From assembly GCA_965222375.1 (NCBI GenBank), contig CBDCTZ010000016.1:1024001-1088000 (forward strand): 64,000 nt of DNA. The letters run 5' to 3'. Made by a program: the position numbers and the translations under genes. The notes beneath the pieces are model-generated. The model made no database searches and had not been told where the DNA came from. It saw nothing but the letters and a program-made list of their open reading frames with translations. Shown one piece after another: positions 20,532 through 29,581 of the stretch. Each line of letters starts with the position of its first letter. Position 1 is the stretch's first letter. This DNA comes from Polyangiaceae bacterium. GTDB taxonomy: Bacteria; Myxococcota_A; Polyangia; Polyangiales; Polyangiaceae.

Positions 20532-21311
20532 TCAGCTTGCTCGTTGGTGTCGTTTCGTTGCTGGGGTTGGCGCTGCCGCTTGCTTGACTGTTGGTCTAGC
20601 TGCGGGAAAGGTGCCGCTCTTGATGAGGGTGACCTTTGCGGTCAGCCTGACGAGGCCGCCGTGGGAGTCGAGGAGGGGCTCGAAGAGACCGAGGGCCTTG
20701 TCGAGGCGGCCGATGGCTTGGGTGATGCGGTTTTCCATGCGCTTGCGAGCGTCGTCGTCCTCGGGATATGGCTCTTCGAATAGAGCTGGTGCGACGTCTT
20801 TGCGCCGCAGCAGGCCACGGGTAGCGATCAGCGTGAACAATTCCAACTGCTGGTTTTCGAGTTGAACGTGGTGGTCCGAGGTAGGGCTGCGTAGCTCACC
20901 GGAGTTTGCATCGAGAGTGAGGGAACTTGTGCTCTTCTGGGGCGGCGGCTCCGAGCGGCGGCGCAAGATGCTGAATAGGATGGCGGCAATCTCCGCTGGC
21001 GAGGTGCCTTTGCGAATCACCTCGATGAACCCCATCCGGTACGCTTGGATGCGCTCGTCTTCATCGGCCTTGCCGGTGTAGAGGATGCAGGGCGTGGTGA
21101 CGCCTTTGGCGCGGAGGGCTTGGAAGACGGTGAGGCCGTCCGTGTCGCCCAGATCGTAATCGAGCAGGATGACATCTGCGCCCGAGCTGGGAGCGATGGC
21201 GAGCAGTGCCTCAGCCTTGCTGAAGCACGTCAGCTTGATGCCGCGACCGCTCAGGGCTTGGCGGAGGCTGGCGAGGATTTTTGGCTCGTCGTCGAGGTAG
21301 AGGGCGTGCAT
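20532..21311 (-). CDS. Response regulator (REC + winged helix), array copy 1
   Basis: MHALYLDDEPK...ILLDYDLG...LYTG...RKG. Confidence 0.88.
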   Translation of the reverse strand: MHALYLDDEPKILASLRQALSGRGIKLTCFSKAEALLAIAPSSGADVILLDYDLGDTDGLTVFQALRAKGVTTPCILYTGKADEDERIQAYRMGFIEVIRKGTSPAEIAAILFSILRRRSEPPPQKSTSSLTLDANSGELRSPTSDHHVQLENQQLELFTLIATRGLLRRKDVAPALFEEPYPEDDDARKRMENRITQAIGRLDKALGLFEPLLDSHGGLVRLTAKVTLIKSGTFPAARPTVKQAAAPTPATKRHQRAS

Positions 21312-21334
21312 GGGGGAATCAAATGAGTGTTCGT

Positions 21335-21766
21335 TTAGCCCGTGTCGAGGTCTCCTCGAAGTCGTGTCCGAAGCTCGGCGGTGGTCGGCTCACTCCTGCT
21401 GAGGAGCCAGGTGTTGTAGCGGTGGAAGATGACGTGCAATCCGCCTGTTGTCAGGTCGCGAGAAAAACTCTCAAGTGCCTTCGATAGGTCGCCGAGAAGA
21501 GCTTCGTCTTCATCGCCTACGGGTGGTCGCGACAGGTCAGTTGCGGGGTCCCGTTGATGTCGAATTAGCATCGACCAAGACAAATTCGTCCATTCATCGC
21601 TCCCCGTCAGAAGCCATTCCCGGAAGCCCACCAGGGCGCCTCCTTGAAGTGCCAGGTCGTACCCTTCAATAAAGGCCACCACGGCCACGAAACTGTGAGC
21701 CTGGACGTACATCCCAGGCTTCTCACAGACGTATCGAAACAGTGTAAGGGCATCGCATTGCACCAC
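21335..21766 (-). CDS. Putative immunity protein for the papain-fold tip
   Basis: Immediately downstream of the full-length toxin; GTG start after GGGAG; KPGMY...AFIEGYD...GFREWL. Confidence 0.72.
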   Translation of the reverse strand: MVQCDALTLFRYVCEKPGMYVQAHSFVAVVAFIEGYDLALQGGALVGFREWLLTGSDEWTNLSWSMLIRHQRDPATDLSRPPVGDEDEALLGDLSKALESFSRDLTTGGLHVIFHRYNTWLLSRSEPTTAELRTRLRGDLDTG

Positions 21767-21782
21767 GACCGATTGCTCCCTT

Positions 21783-24700
21783 CTAGAACGGCGTAGCCCG
21801 GAAGAACTTGTCCGCAATGTGCGTGTTGGGAGAGTCCAAGAACCTCAGCGAGTTGCGCCACTCGCTATACTTTACCCCTCCGGGATTCAGGTTGTCGAAC
21901 ACTGTGTTTCCCACTCGGATTGCCTCATGCACATCGTCTCCGACCAGCGTGCCTTGCCCGCGAATGTCGCCAATTCGAGCACCCTGTTTCTCGAGTCGAA
22001 GCCGGGAGCCACTGATGCCTTGTTGCTTCAACGCGGCCTCCAATTGGCTGGCGAAGTCTATGCACTTGCCATAGCACTTCGATCCACTCGGAATGTTTGC
22101 CGCGGCTTTCCTCGCTTTGGCTAGCTTCACTGCGCGGGCACCCGGTCCAAGTGCCGCGCCCAACAATGCAGCCGTCGCCACTCCACCCCACGTGATGCAC
22201 TTAAACGTGCCGCCGTTGAGGGCTAGCTGCGTGCCGATCTCATACGCCGCCTCCGCGCCAGCTCTGACCACCACGACAGCGAGCCAAGGCACATCCCCGT
22301 CTGGATCCACATAGTTAGCCGGGTCATTGCCTGCGTAATTATACAGGTTCCAGCCGCCGGAGAAACCGCTGGGGTCCCTCGTGATGAACCTCCTCGCCTG
22401 CGGGTCGTAGTCGCGGGCTCCGAGGTGCAGTAGCTCGGTGTCGGGGTCCCACAGCCCGCCTCCGAAGGCGAAGGGTTGGTCGTTGACTGAGCCGGTGACG
22501 TAGGTAGGCGTCCCCCAGTCGTCGTAGTCGATGCGTTGGAGGGTGGTGCCGTTGATGGCATTGAGCACTAGGCGCACGGAGCCTAGGTGGTCGGTGACTA
22601 TTTGGTAGACGGTGGTCCCTTTGATCAGGATATCCGGAACGTGGGCGCCGCGGGCGTAGATGAATTGGCTGACTACGGTGCCGGAGCTGTTGAGCTCGGC
22701 TACTAGGCGGTTGCCTTCGGCGTAGAGGTAGCGCTTTTCGTCTTGCAGTACTGAGTTGACCGTCTTCTTGCGGGTGACTCGGCGGCCCAAGGAGTCGATT
22801 TCGTAGTCGATGGTGGTGTTTGCGGGGAGGCGGACTTGCATCAGGCCGCCTTCGGCGTCGTAGTTGTAGGTCGTTAGCTGGCCGGACTCTGTGCGGGTGT
22901 GGCGTTGGCCCGTGCTGGCGGCGTAGCTGTAGGATACGGCTGGTGAGTTCAGGGACGTGAGCCTGTCTTCGGTGTCGTAGGTGCCGAAGGTGGCTCCGTT
23001 CACGGTGAGCAGATTGCCGCGGGCGTCATAGGCGTAGGTCGTTGTGACGCTGTTCTTGGTGGACTTCCAGAGGCGGTTGGAGCCGTCGTAGTCGTAGGTC
23101 GTGATGGTGGGGTTTGCGGCGTTGAAGGAATCGCCACGGCTCGCGACTAGGCCGAGGGTGTTGTGGGTCAGGGTCTGCTTGTACTTTTCCGAAGCGCCAA
23201 AGGTCGTTTTGAGAGAAGTCAGGTCGCCGTATTTCAGTCCAGGATTCTCGTCATAGCCGTGGGTCGTCGTCAGGCTGCTCAACGTCCACGAGTTGAGACG
23301 GCCGCTTTGGCCGCTGCGGTTTGAGAGGCTAGCGGTGAAGGCTGGGGAAGTGCCGGTGACTTGGGTGACCAGGCTGTCGTTGTCGTAAGTCGTGGTCGCC
23401 GTGGCGCCGCCGGTGACGGCCTCGGTGGCTGGGCGCAGGAAGCCGTCGTAAGTGATGGTGTAGTTCTTCTGACCGGCCGTCGCCCAGGTCGTGCTGATCT
23501 GGTCGGGCAGCTTGCCCTTCCCGGTGTAGCGGAAGCCCGTGGTGACCCCGGCGCGAGTGATGCTCGTCACGCGGCCGACGGAGTCATGGGAATAGTTGCG
23601 GGCGGCACTGGTCGAGTCGGAGCCGACGACCCAGAACAGGCCGTCGGACAGCGGGAGGCCGGTGGTTGCGGACGGTGTGTAGTAGGCCGAGGAGACCTGA
23701 GTGTGGTCGGCGATGACGCGGCGATCATTATCTCGCTGGATGTTGCGCGCGTAGCCCGCAAGGGGGTGCCACTCGTGTTCCAGGAAGCCGGTTACGCCGT
23801 AGCCAAAGTCATAGCCGTTGCCGCTGGCGGCAGGCGTGACTTCTGTGGGGTTGGCGTTCGCATTCCATACGAGGTCCACATTCCCTCGAGTCGAAAGCGA
23901 TGCGTGCACGTGACGTGACTGGCTGACGAGGCCGCGCGGTTCGTGGGACAGCTCGGTGGTGCGCAGAATAGCCGCCCCGTTCTGTAGGTGCGTCTTGGTC
24001 AGCTCGCCGGGTTGGTTGTTGTACTCGTTCTTGATCCAGCGGTTTCCCTGTTTGACGAACTCGAGGCGGCCCTGGGCGTCATACAGATACGTGACGGGTT
24101 CGACCTCCGGATTGAACGCGTTGAGGGCGGTACTGGAGACTCGGCCCTGAGCGTCATAGGTTGCGATCAGATTGCGGTTCGCGGGCGACGTCCAGGTGAT
24201 GGTGCTGGCGTTGCGGTCGACCTTTTGTTTGTACGAGACCGCGCTGCCGGAAATCGGGGTGATCTTGCGGGTTTCGGTCAGGGTGTCGAAGTTGAGCGGA
24301 TCGGCGCCGGTCGTTGCACGGTCGACCTTCACGGTCAGCTTGTTGCTGCTATCTAGCTCGAGGGTCTCCTCCGTCGTTGCCGCCGCTAGGTTGAAGCGCG
24401 GGTCTCCAACCGGGCGAGAGATGCGCTTCGTGCCATCGGCCATTGTCACAGTGCGGGAGCCGTCCGGGCCGAAGGCGACGCTGACGTTGGAGCCGTCTGG
24501 GCGTGCGATGGAGCGAAACTTGGTTCCGGTGGCCGAGCGAGAGCTGGAGTAGGTCGTCACCAAGCCGCTGTTGGTCTGCACGTCGACCGTCTTCGTCGTG
24601 CCAAAGGTCTCCGTGAAGCTCTTGAAAGGTGTACCCGTCGGCGTGTTGTAGTCGCGGGCCTTTTCTACGCGGCCCAGGTTGTCATATTCGTATTGATACA

Positions 24701-27700
24701 GATCACCATCCGTCGTGGTGGCCCACTCGAGCAGACCGGTGTCGTTGTTGCCGCCGTCCAACTTGTACGTAAAGGAGTGCGTGTGCCCGGTTGGCCACGG
24801 CCAAACCGTGTTCAGCCAGCCTTCGGGGTGGAGGTAGATAGCCGTCAGGGCTGCGCCCCAATCCACGCGGGGTGGCAACACGTAGTCGAGGTCGCCAGCA
24901 GCGTTTCTATAGAAATAGGTGAACCCATCGGGGCCGTTCTTCGGTCCGGCGACCGCGGTGAGCAGTTGGCCTTTGTTGGGATAGGGAGTGTAGAAGAACT
25001 CGTAGATGGGTTTGCCGGTCAGGGCGTCGTAGGTCCAGAGGTGGCGGCCGAAGGAGTTGAAGATGTAGTATTCGCTGCCGTCGTCGCTGGGTACGACGTG
25101 GTCGCCCAGTTGCGTCGTCATGGCTCGGGCTGGAAGAACTTGCCTCAGGTTTTGGCAGCCGCCCAGGTCGTGATCAGACACATAGAGCGTGTTGTCGGGG
25201 CCGAAGGCCACGGAGAAGGGAGTGTGTATGCGAGCTCCAGTTGCGGGGCCGCCGTCACCGCTGCAATTGGGCACCGGAGGAACGGTCTTGGTCCCAGCAA
25301 CTGTCTGAACCGTGGCATTGATGACGCGTCGCACTCGGTGGTACGACCACTCCGAGAAGTACACCGCACCGTCGGTGCCCTCGGCTACGTCCGTGGGCTG
25401 GTCGAGTCGCGCCAGACTCGTTGAAATTGATTCTGTGTCAGGATCGGTCCCTCCCCCCGCGAACGTCGAGATTTGTCCGCTGGCGTCTACCCGACGGATG
25501 CGATGGTCAAACTGGTCTGCGATGTAGAGGCTGCCGTCGCTGCCGAGCCCGAGCCCCACTGGCCGGTTCAGTGCAGCTGCAGATGCGGGACCTCCATCGC
25601 CGCGGGGAATTTGAATTGGCGTCTTGCCCAGTTCGTTCACGATCGTCTGGGCGTAGCCCCCGATCACCCGGCGGATCTTGCGATTGTCCGTGTCGGCGAT
25701 GAAGAGCGTTCCGTCCGCAGCTAACTCGATTCCCTCCGGTGAGTTCAGAGCCACAGTCGTCGCGACGGCCGAAGTGTTGACTCCGTTGCCGGAGCTGCCT
25801 GTTCCCGCCACAGGCACCACACTGCTTCCGCCAGGCGGCAGCATCACGACCCGATGCGCACCGGTCTCCGCGATGTAGAGTGAACCGTCCGCGGCGACGG
25901 CGACATCCGATGGGCTGGCAAGGCCACTGACCACAGTCGTCATGTTGCCGTCAAGGATCTTGCGAACCTTGCCCGCGCCGAATTCAGGAACGTAAAGCGC
26001 ACCGTCCGGACCAAAGGCGATGCGTCCGGGGCGAGAGAGACACGCGCTCGCCGCCGGCCCGTCGCCCGGAGTACAGCTGCCTTGCTTGGCAGTCACAGAA
26101 GCGATGGTGTTCGAAAGGGAGGCAGCGTCTCGATGGCCTCCGCTTCCGTAGTACAGCGTGCGGGTTTGTGGAGCGTAGACGTGCTGCGCGTCCAGGGTCC
26201 ATCCGCCGAAGCCGAGCTTGGTGGCGTCCAAGGAGCCAAGCACGAACTGGTTCCGGGTCCAGACTGTGACTTCTTCCCGGGCGGGATTAGCTGTCCAGGG
26301 GGCAGTGCCCGCGGCGATCGGTACATTGAAACCCGGAGCTGCCGCGTACTTGGCGCCATAGCTAAGTCCTGTCTCGACGGTGACCTGTTGAGGGCCGTCT
26401 ACCGGATTGCCAAATGCATCGAGGCCATCCCAGTCGATCGGGATATCGATGGACCCGGGCCAACCACTCACGGGCTCATCTTCGGTATGCGTTGTTGTCT
26501 GGCCGGCGAAGCTGATCTTGACGTCGAGGCGTTTCGGGGACGTGCCCCCGCCACCCCCGACGCTCACGCGCAAGACGAACCGGTACGCGGCCCGATAGCC
26601 TGCAACCCGAGAGCTTTGGTACACCAGTGAGAAAGGCGTGTTGTAGAGGGGGACGGACTTGCCGACGACCTGGGTCTCGCACTCGATGACGGATCCCGAC
26701 GTGGTGCATGGGGAGTCCTCGGGCAGGTCGATATCGGGCCAGGCAGGATCGCTACCGTCGGCGACGTACGGCCAGTTGAAGTCCAGGGGCGAGAAGTGCT
26801 GGACCGGGACTCGCCACAGCTCGGTGGCTGCGGAGTAGGTTGCGGCCAATTGCTGCCGCTCTGCCAATGTGATGCCGGTGTTGTCTGCAGTCTCGTTACC
26901 CGTGGTATCGACGTTTGCAGCGGCAGGCGTGCCCGAGATGCTGATGATCTTGACGACCTTGCCGTTGAGAGCGCTGCCGCTCGTATCCAGGTGTTGTAGC
27001 CACGCGCCTTTGTTGGCGTCATAGTAGCCGCTCGGAACGAGGGCCCCGACCGGGAAGTCCAGGAAGTTGTCGACGTAGATCGGCACCTGCTGGTCAAAGG
27101 TCGGATGCAACACCTGGCCCGTGGCGGCATCCTTGGCCATCATTTCGACGGCGTAGGTGTAGCCGGAAGATGGCGGCAGCGCCGCCGGCATGCGCTCTCG
27201 ACCCTCGTCGCCTACGCTGTACTCCTTGGCGCCAACCGTCACGTTTGCGGTGACGGGATTGCCGTCGTTGGTCCAGTTGGTGTTTGGCGGGAAGAAGGCT
27301 CGGGCGGTGCGCGTGCCATCGGTGTCCGTTTCCGATGCTCCGGCGACCACCGTCCAGCTCGAGGAGCCCGGGGTGATGGTGGTCCCCGTGGGTTCCGCTA
27401 CGAGTTCGACGGGATCGAGGTTCACGAATTGACCAGCGACCGGTCGAATGACGCGCTCGGCGGGGAGGTAGCCGTCCTTTTCGAAGCGAAGACGGATCGG
27501 AGTGCCGCCGTTGACGGCCATGTAGAAGCGGCCAGTCGCATTGCCGCTGCCGCCGACAGAGGAATACAGCTCGCTCAAGACGTGCGCGTAGTTGGGCTGC
27601 TCGGGGACGGAAACCTTCACGTTGGCCAGGCCGACCTGCGCACCGGATTGCTCACGGAGAACGGTGCCGGACACCACGCTGACGCGGTCGCGTTTCAGCG

Positions 27701-28073
27701 TCCACCACAACTCACCGGTACCCGGCTCGGTCGGGACGGGCTGGAGTCGCGGCTCCCCGCGCTCTGCCGCAAGCGTCGGATCGATGAGGAAGGACACGCG
27801 GTCCGCGAACTCGCCCGGCAGCTCACCTTGGACCGTCGCGCAACTCGAGTAGGCGGGATGGTTGACGCAGGTGCCGCTGATGTCCACAACGGTCCAGCAA
27901 TAGGTCAGAGCCGAGCAGGCGGCGCTCTTGGTAGAGGCCGTGTCGCTAGGATTGCCTCCTTCGCCACCCTTGTCTCCGCCGCAGGCCTGGACCAACGCGA
28001 GCACCAGCATCGCGAGGGTTCGCAAGCTCCGGAGTGCAACCTTCTTCGATGACGTTCCAATTCGCCTTTGCAT
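21783..28073 (-). CDS. Teneurin-like NHL/YD-RHS polymorphic toxin with lipoprotein signal and Tox-PL-2-like papain-fold tip
   Basis: Lipobox LVQAC; SLVYQSSRVAGY and GGWTLDAQHVY teneurin-like motifs; NHL repeats (DGSLYIAD, GDGGPA); YD repeats; RHS core DPSG...DPDG; tip KCIDFA...HEAIRVGNTVFDNLNPGG...W. Confidence 0.92.
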   Translation of the reverse strand: MQRRIGTSSKKVALRSLRTLAMLVLALVQACGGDKGGEGGNPSDTASTKSAACSALTYCWTVVDISGTCVNHPAYSSCATVQGELPGEFADRVSFLIDPTLAAERGEPRLQPVPTEPGTGELWWTLKRDRVSVVSGTVLREQSGAQVGLANVKVSVPEQPNYAHVLSELYSSVGGSGNATGRFYMAVNGGTPIRLRFEKDGYLPAERVIRPVAGQFVNLDPVELVAEPTGTTITPGSSSWTVVAGASETDTDGTRTARAFFPPNTNWTNDGNPVTANVTVGAKEYSVGDEGRERMPAALPPSSGYTYAVEMMAKDAATGQVLHPTFDQQVPIYVDNFLDFPVGALVPSGYYDANKGAWLQHLDTSGSALNGKVVKIISISGTPAAANVDTTGNETADNTGITLAERQQLAATYSAATELWRVPVQHFSPLDFNWPYVADGSDPAWPDIDLPEDSPCTTSGSVIECETQVVGKSVPLYNTPFSLVYQSSRVAGYRAAYRFVLRVSVGGGGGTSPKRLDVKISFAGQTTTHTEDEPVSGWPGSIDIPIDWDGLDAFGNPVDGPQQVTVETGLSYGAKYAAAPGFNVPIAAGTAPWTANPAREEVTVWTRNQFVLGSLDATKLGFGGWTLDAQHVYAPQTRTLYYGSGGHRDAASLSNTIASVTAKQGSCTPGDGPAASACLSRPGRIAFGPDGALYVPEFGAGKVRKILDGNMTTVVSGLASPSDVAVAADGSLYIAETGAHRVVMLPPGGSSVVPVAGTGSSGNGVNTSAVATTVALNSPEGIELAADGTLFIADTDNRKIRRVIGGYAQTIVNELGKTPIQIPRGDGGPASAAALNRPVGLGLGSDGSLYIADQFDHRIRRVDASGQISTFAGGGTDPDTESISTSLARLDQPTDVAEGTDGAVYFSEWSYHRVRRVINATVQTVAGTKTVPPVPNCSGDGGPATGARIHTPFSVAFGPDNTLYVSDHDLGGCQNLRQVLPARAMTTQLGDHVVPSDDGSEYYIFNSFGRHLWTYDALTGKPIYEFFYTPYPNKGQLLTAVAGPKNGPDGFTYFYRNAAGDLDYVLPPRVDWGAALTAIYLHPEGWLNTVWPWPTGHTHSFTYKLDGGNNDTGLLEWATTTDGDLYQYEYDNLGRVEKARDYNTPTGTPFKSFTETFGTTKTVDVQTNSGLVTTYSSSRSATGTKFRSIARPDGSNVSVAFGPDGSRTVTMADGTKRISRPVGDPRFNLAAATTEETLELDSSNKLTVKVDRATTGADPLNFDTLTETRKITPISGSAVSYKQKVDRNASTITWTSPANRNLIATYDAQGRVSSTALNAFNPEVEPVTYLYDAQGRLEFVKQGNRWIKNEYNNQPGELTKTHLQNGAAILRTTELSHEPRGLVSQSRHVHASLSTRGNVDLVWNANANPTEVTPAASGNGYDFGYGVTGFLEHEWHPLAGYARNIQRDNDRRVIADHTQVSSAYYTPSATTGLPLSDGLFWVVGSDSTSAARNYSHDSVGRVTSITRAGVTTGFRYTGKGKLPDQISTTWATAGQKNYTITYDGFLRPATEAVTGGATATTTYDNDSLVTQVTGTSPAFTASLSNRSGQSGRLNSWTLSSLTTTHGYDENPGLKYGDLTSLKTTFGASEKYKQTLTHNTLGLVASRGDSFNAANPTITTYDYDGSNRLWKSTKNSVTTTYAYDARGNLLTVNGATFGTYDTEDRLTSLNSPAVSYSYAASTGQRHTRTESGQLTTYNYDAEGGLMQVRLPANTTIDYEIDSLGRRVTRKKTVNSVLQDEKRYLYAEGNRLVAELNSSGTVVSQFIYARGAHVPDILIKGTTVYQIVTDHLGSVRLVLNAINGTTLQRIDYDDWGTPTYVTGSVNDQPFAFGGGLWDPDTELLHLGARDYDPQARRFITRDPSGFSGGWNLYNYAGNDPANYVDPDGDVPWLAVVVVRAGAEAAYEIGTQLALNGGTFKCITWGGVATAALLGAALGPGARAVKLAKARKAAANIPSGSKCYGKCIDFASQLEAALKQQGISGSRLRLEKQGARIGDIRGQGTLVGDDVHEAIRVGNTVFDNLNPGGVKYSEWRNSLRFLDSPNTHIADKFFRATPF
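22321..22595. repeat. 275-bp RHS-core homology arm, copy 1 (inside the full-length toxin)
   Basis: Direct repeat with 19374..19648 and 15253..15527. Confidence 0.95.
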
Positions 28074-28813
28074 CTCGTCCTCCAACACCCGCCTCGCGGG
28101 CGATGGGGAAACTCGGGGGCGTGTGGGACGCGATCAACTGACAAAAATCTGACATGGCGCAGACGCCGGTGCAACGGCAAATGCTTCGATACGCAGACGG
28201 ACGCTTCGAACTGCGGTGGATGCGGCAACATGTGCGCCGAAAACGAGGTTTGCACCGGCGGCGCCTGCGTCTGCGCGCCTGGCGCCAAGCTGTGCGGCGG
28301 CTCGTGCATGGTAACGGCGACCAGCTTTTCGAACTGCGGAGCATGCGGCAACCAGTGCAAGAATGCCGAGGTCTGCACCAAGGGAAGCTGTGCCGCGCCC
28401 ACGAGCAGCTGGCAGATGCTCGGCTACGATGGACGCCACGCGGGCGAAAACCCGCTGGAGACTGGCAAGCCTCCCCTCGACCTTTCTTGGAGCGTGAGGC
28501 TGGCTTCGGGCACTGCGAGCGCGCCGGTGATTGATGAGGGGCGCGTGTATGTCACGGCCAGGGATTCCGCCAGCAGCAAGTACTCGCTTTTTTCGCTTGC
28601 ACTGTCGGACGGAAGCCAACTCAACGGCGACTGCAAGTGCTGCGAGGAGGAGTGTCCGCCACCGGCTGATCCAGTTGCCGGTTGCGGGCAAACCGGCGGT
28701 CCAGAGCCCAACGGCTGCGATGCGTCGCTGTGCAATGCGACCTGCGCCCTGATGGCGTGCGAGTGGGGGACGTGTGTTAGCGGTCATGAAAAAGGGCGCA
28801 TAGATGGGCGCGT

Positions 28814-29581
28814 CTAAGTGGGCTTGTTCGCCTTTTTGGAGGCGGCGCGTTCTTTGGCTTCCTTTGCGCGGTAACTCTGGCCCTGGATGTGGATGACTTC
28901 GCAGCGGTGGATGAGGCGATCGACCAAGGTGACGACGCAGGCGGCGTGGGGAAAGACGTCGGGCCACTCGCTGAAGGGCTTGTTCGTGGTCAGCACCACG
29001 GGCTTGAGCGCCTCGTAGCGTCTGGTGACGACCTCGAAGAGCAGATCGGCATAGCGGCTGTCGTAGGAAAGGTAACCGACCTCGTCGACGCACAGGAGCT
29101 GCGGGTGGGTGTATTGGCGCAGGCGACGGCTGAGGGCGGCGCTGCTGTCTTGACCCGCAAGTTCGTTGAGCATGGCGCTGGCTGTGGTGAAACGCACCGT
29201 ATAGCCGCGCATCACGCAGTGATGTGCGAGATTTTTGAGCAACATCGTCTTGCCGACGCCGTTGGGCCCAAGCAACACGGCATTGGCGCCTTCGGCGAAT
29301 AGGTTGAGGCGAAAGAGCTCGTCGACGGAGCTCTTGTCGATCTTCTTCGGCCACTTCCAATCGAAGTCGGTGAGCGGCTTGAATCGACCCAGCCGGGCAT
29401 TTTTGATGCGACGCTCCAGACTGCGCCGGGTGCGTTCGGCTTCCTCGTAGGCGAGCAACGGACCAAGCCAATCTGCGCTCACCACGTCGTCCCAGTTGGC
29501 CAGAAGACCGTGCAACCCCAGGCGGTGCGCACGCTCTCGCAGATCCTTGTCAGCCTGATCGCTCGTCGTCGTTGTCATCAT
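28814..29581 (-). CDS. istB: IS21 helper AAA+ ATPase
   Basis: [35 protein letters not shown]. Confidence 0.93.
   Translation of the reverse strand: MMTTTTSDQADKDLRERAHRLGLHGLLANWDDVVSADWLGPLLAYEEAERTRRSLERRIKNARLGRFKPLTDFDWKWPKKIDKSSVDELFRLNLFAEGANAVLLGPNGVGKTMLLKNLAHHCVMRGYTVRFTTASAMLNELAGQDSSAALSRRLRQYTHPQLLCVDEVGYLSYDSRYADLLFEVVTRRYEALKPVVLTTNKPFSEWPDVFPHAACVVTLVDRLIHRCEVIHIQGQSYRAKEAKERAASKKANKPT

Noticed and set aside
15253..22595. Diversity-generating retroelement or retron (RT next to repeats)
   Set aside because: The RT has group II intron features (YADD, domain X, D5/D6, GTGCG start, EBS1/IBS1), and repeat differences are not adenine-specific
28134..29471. 445-aa minus-strand ORF
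   Set aside because: Alternative-frame artefact crossing istB and the IS boundary; no motifs
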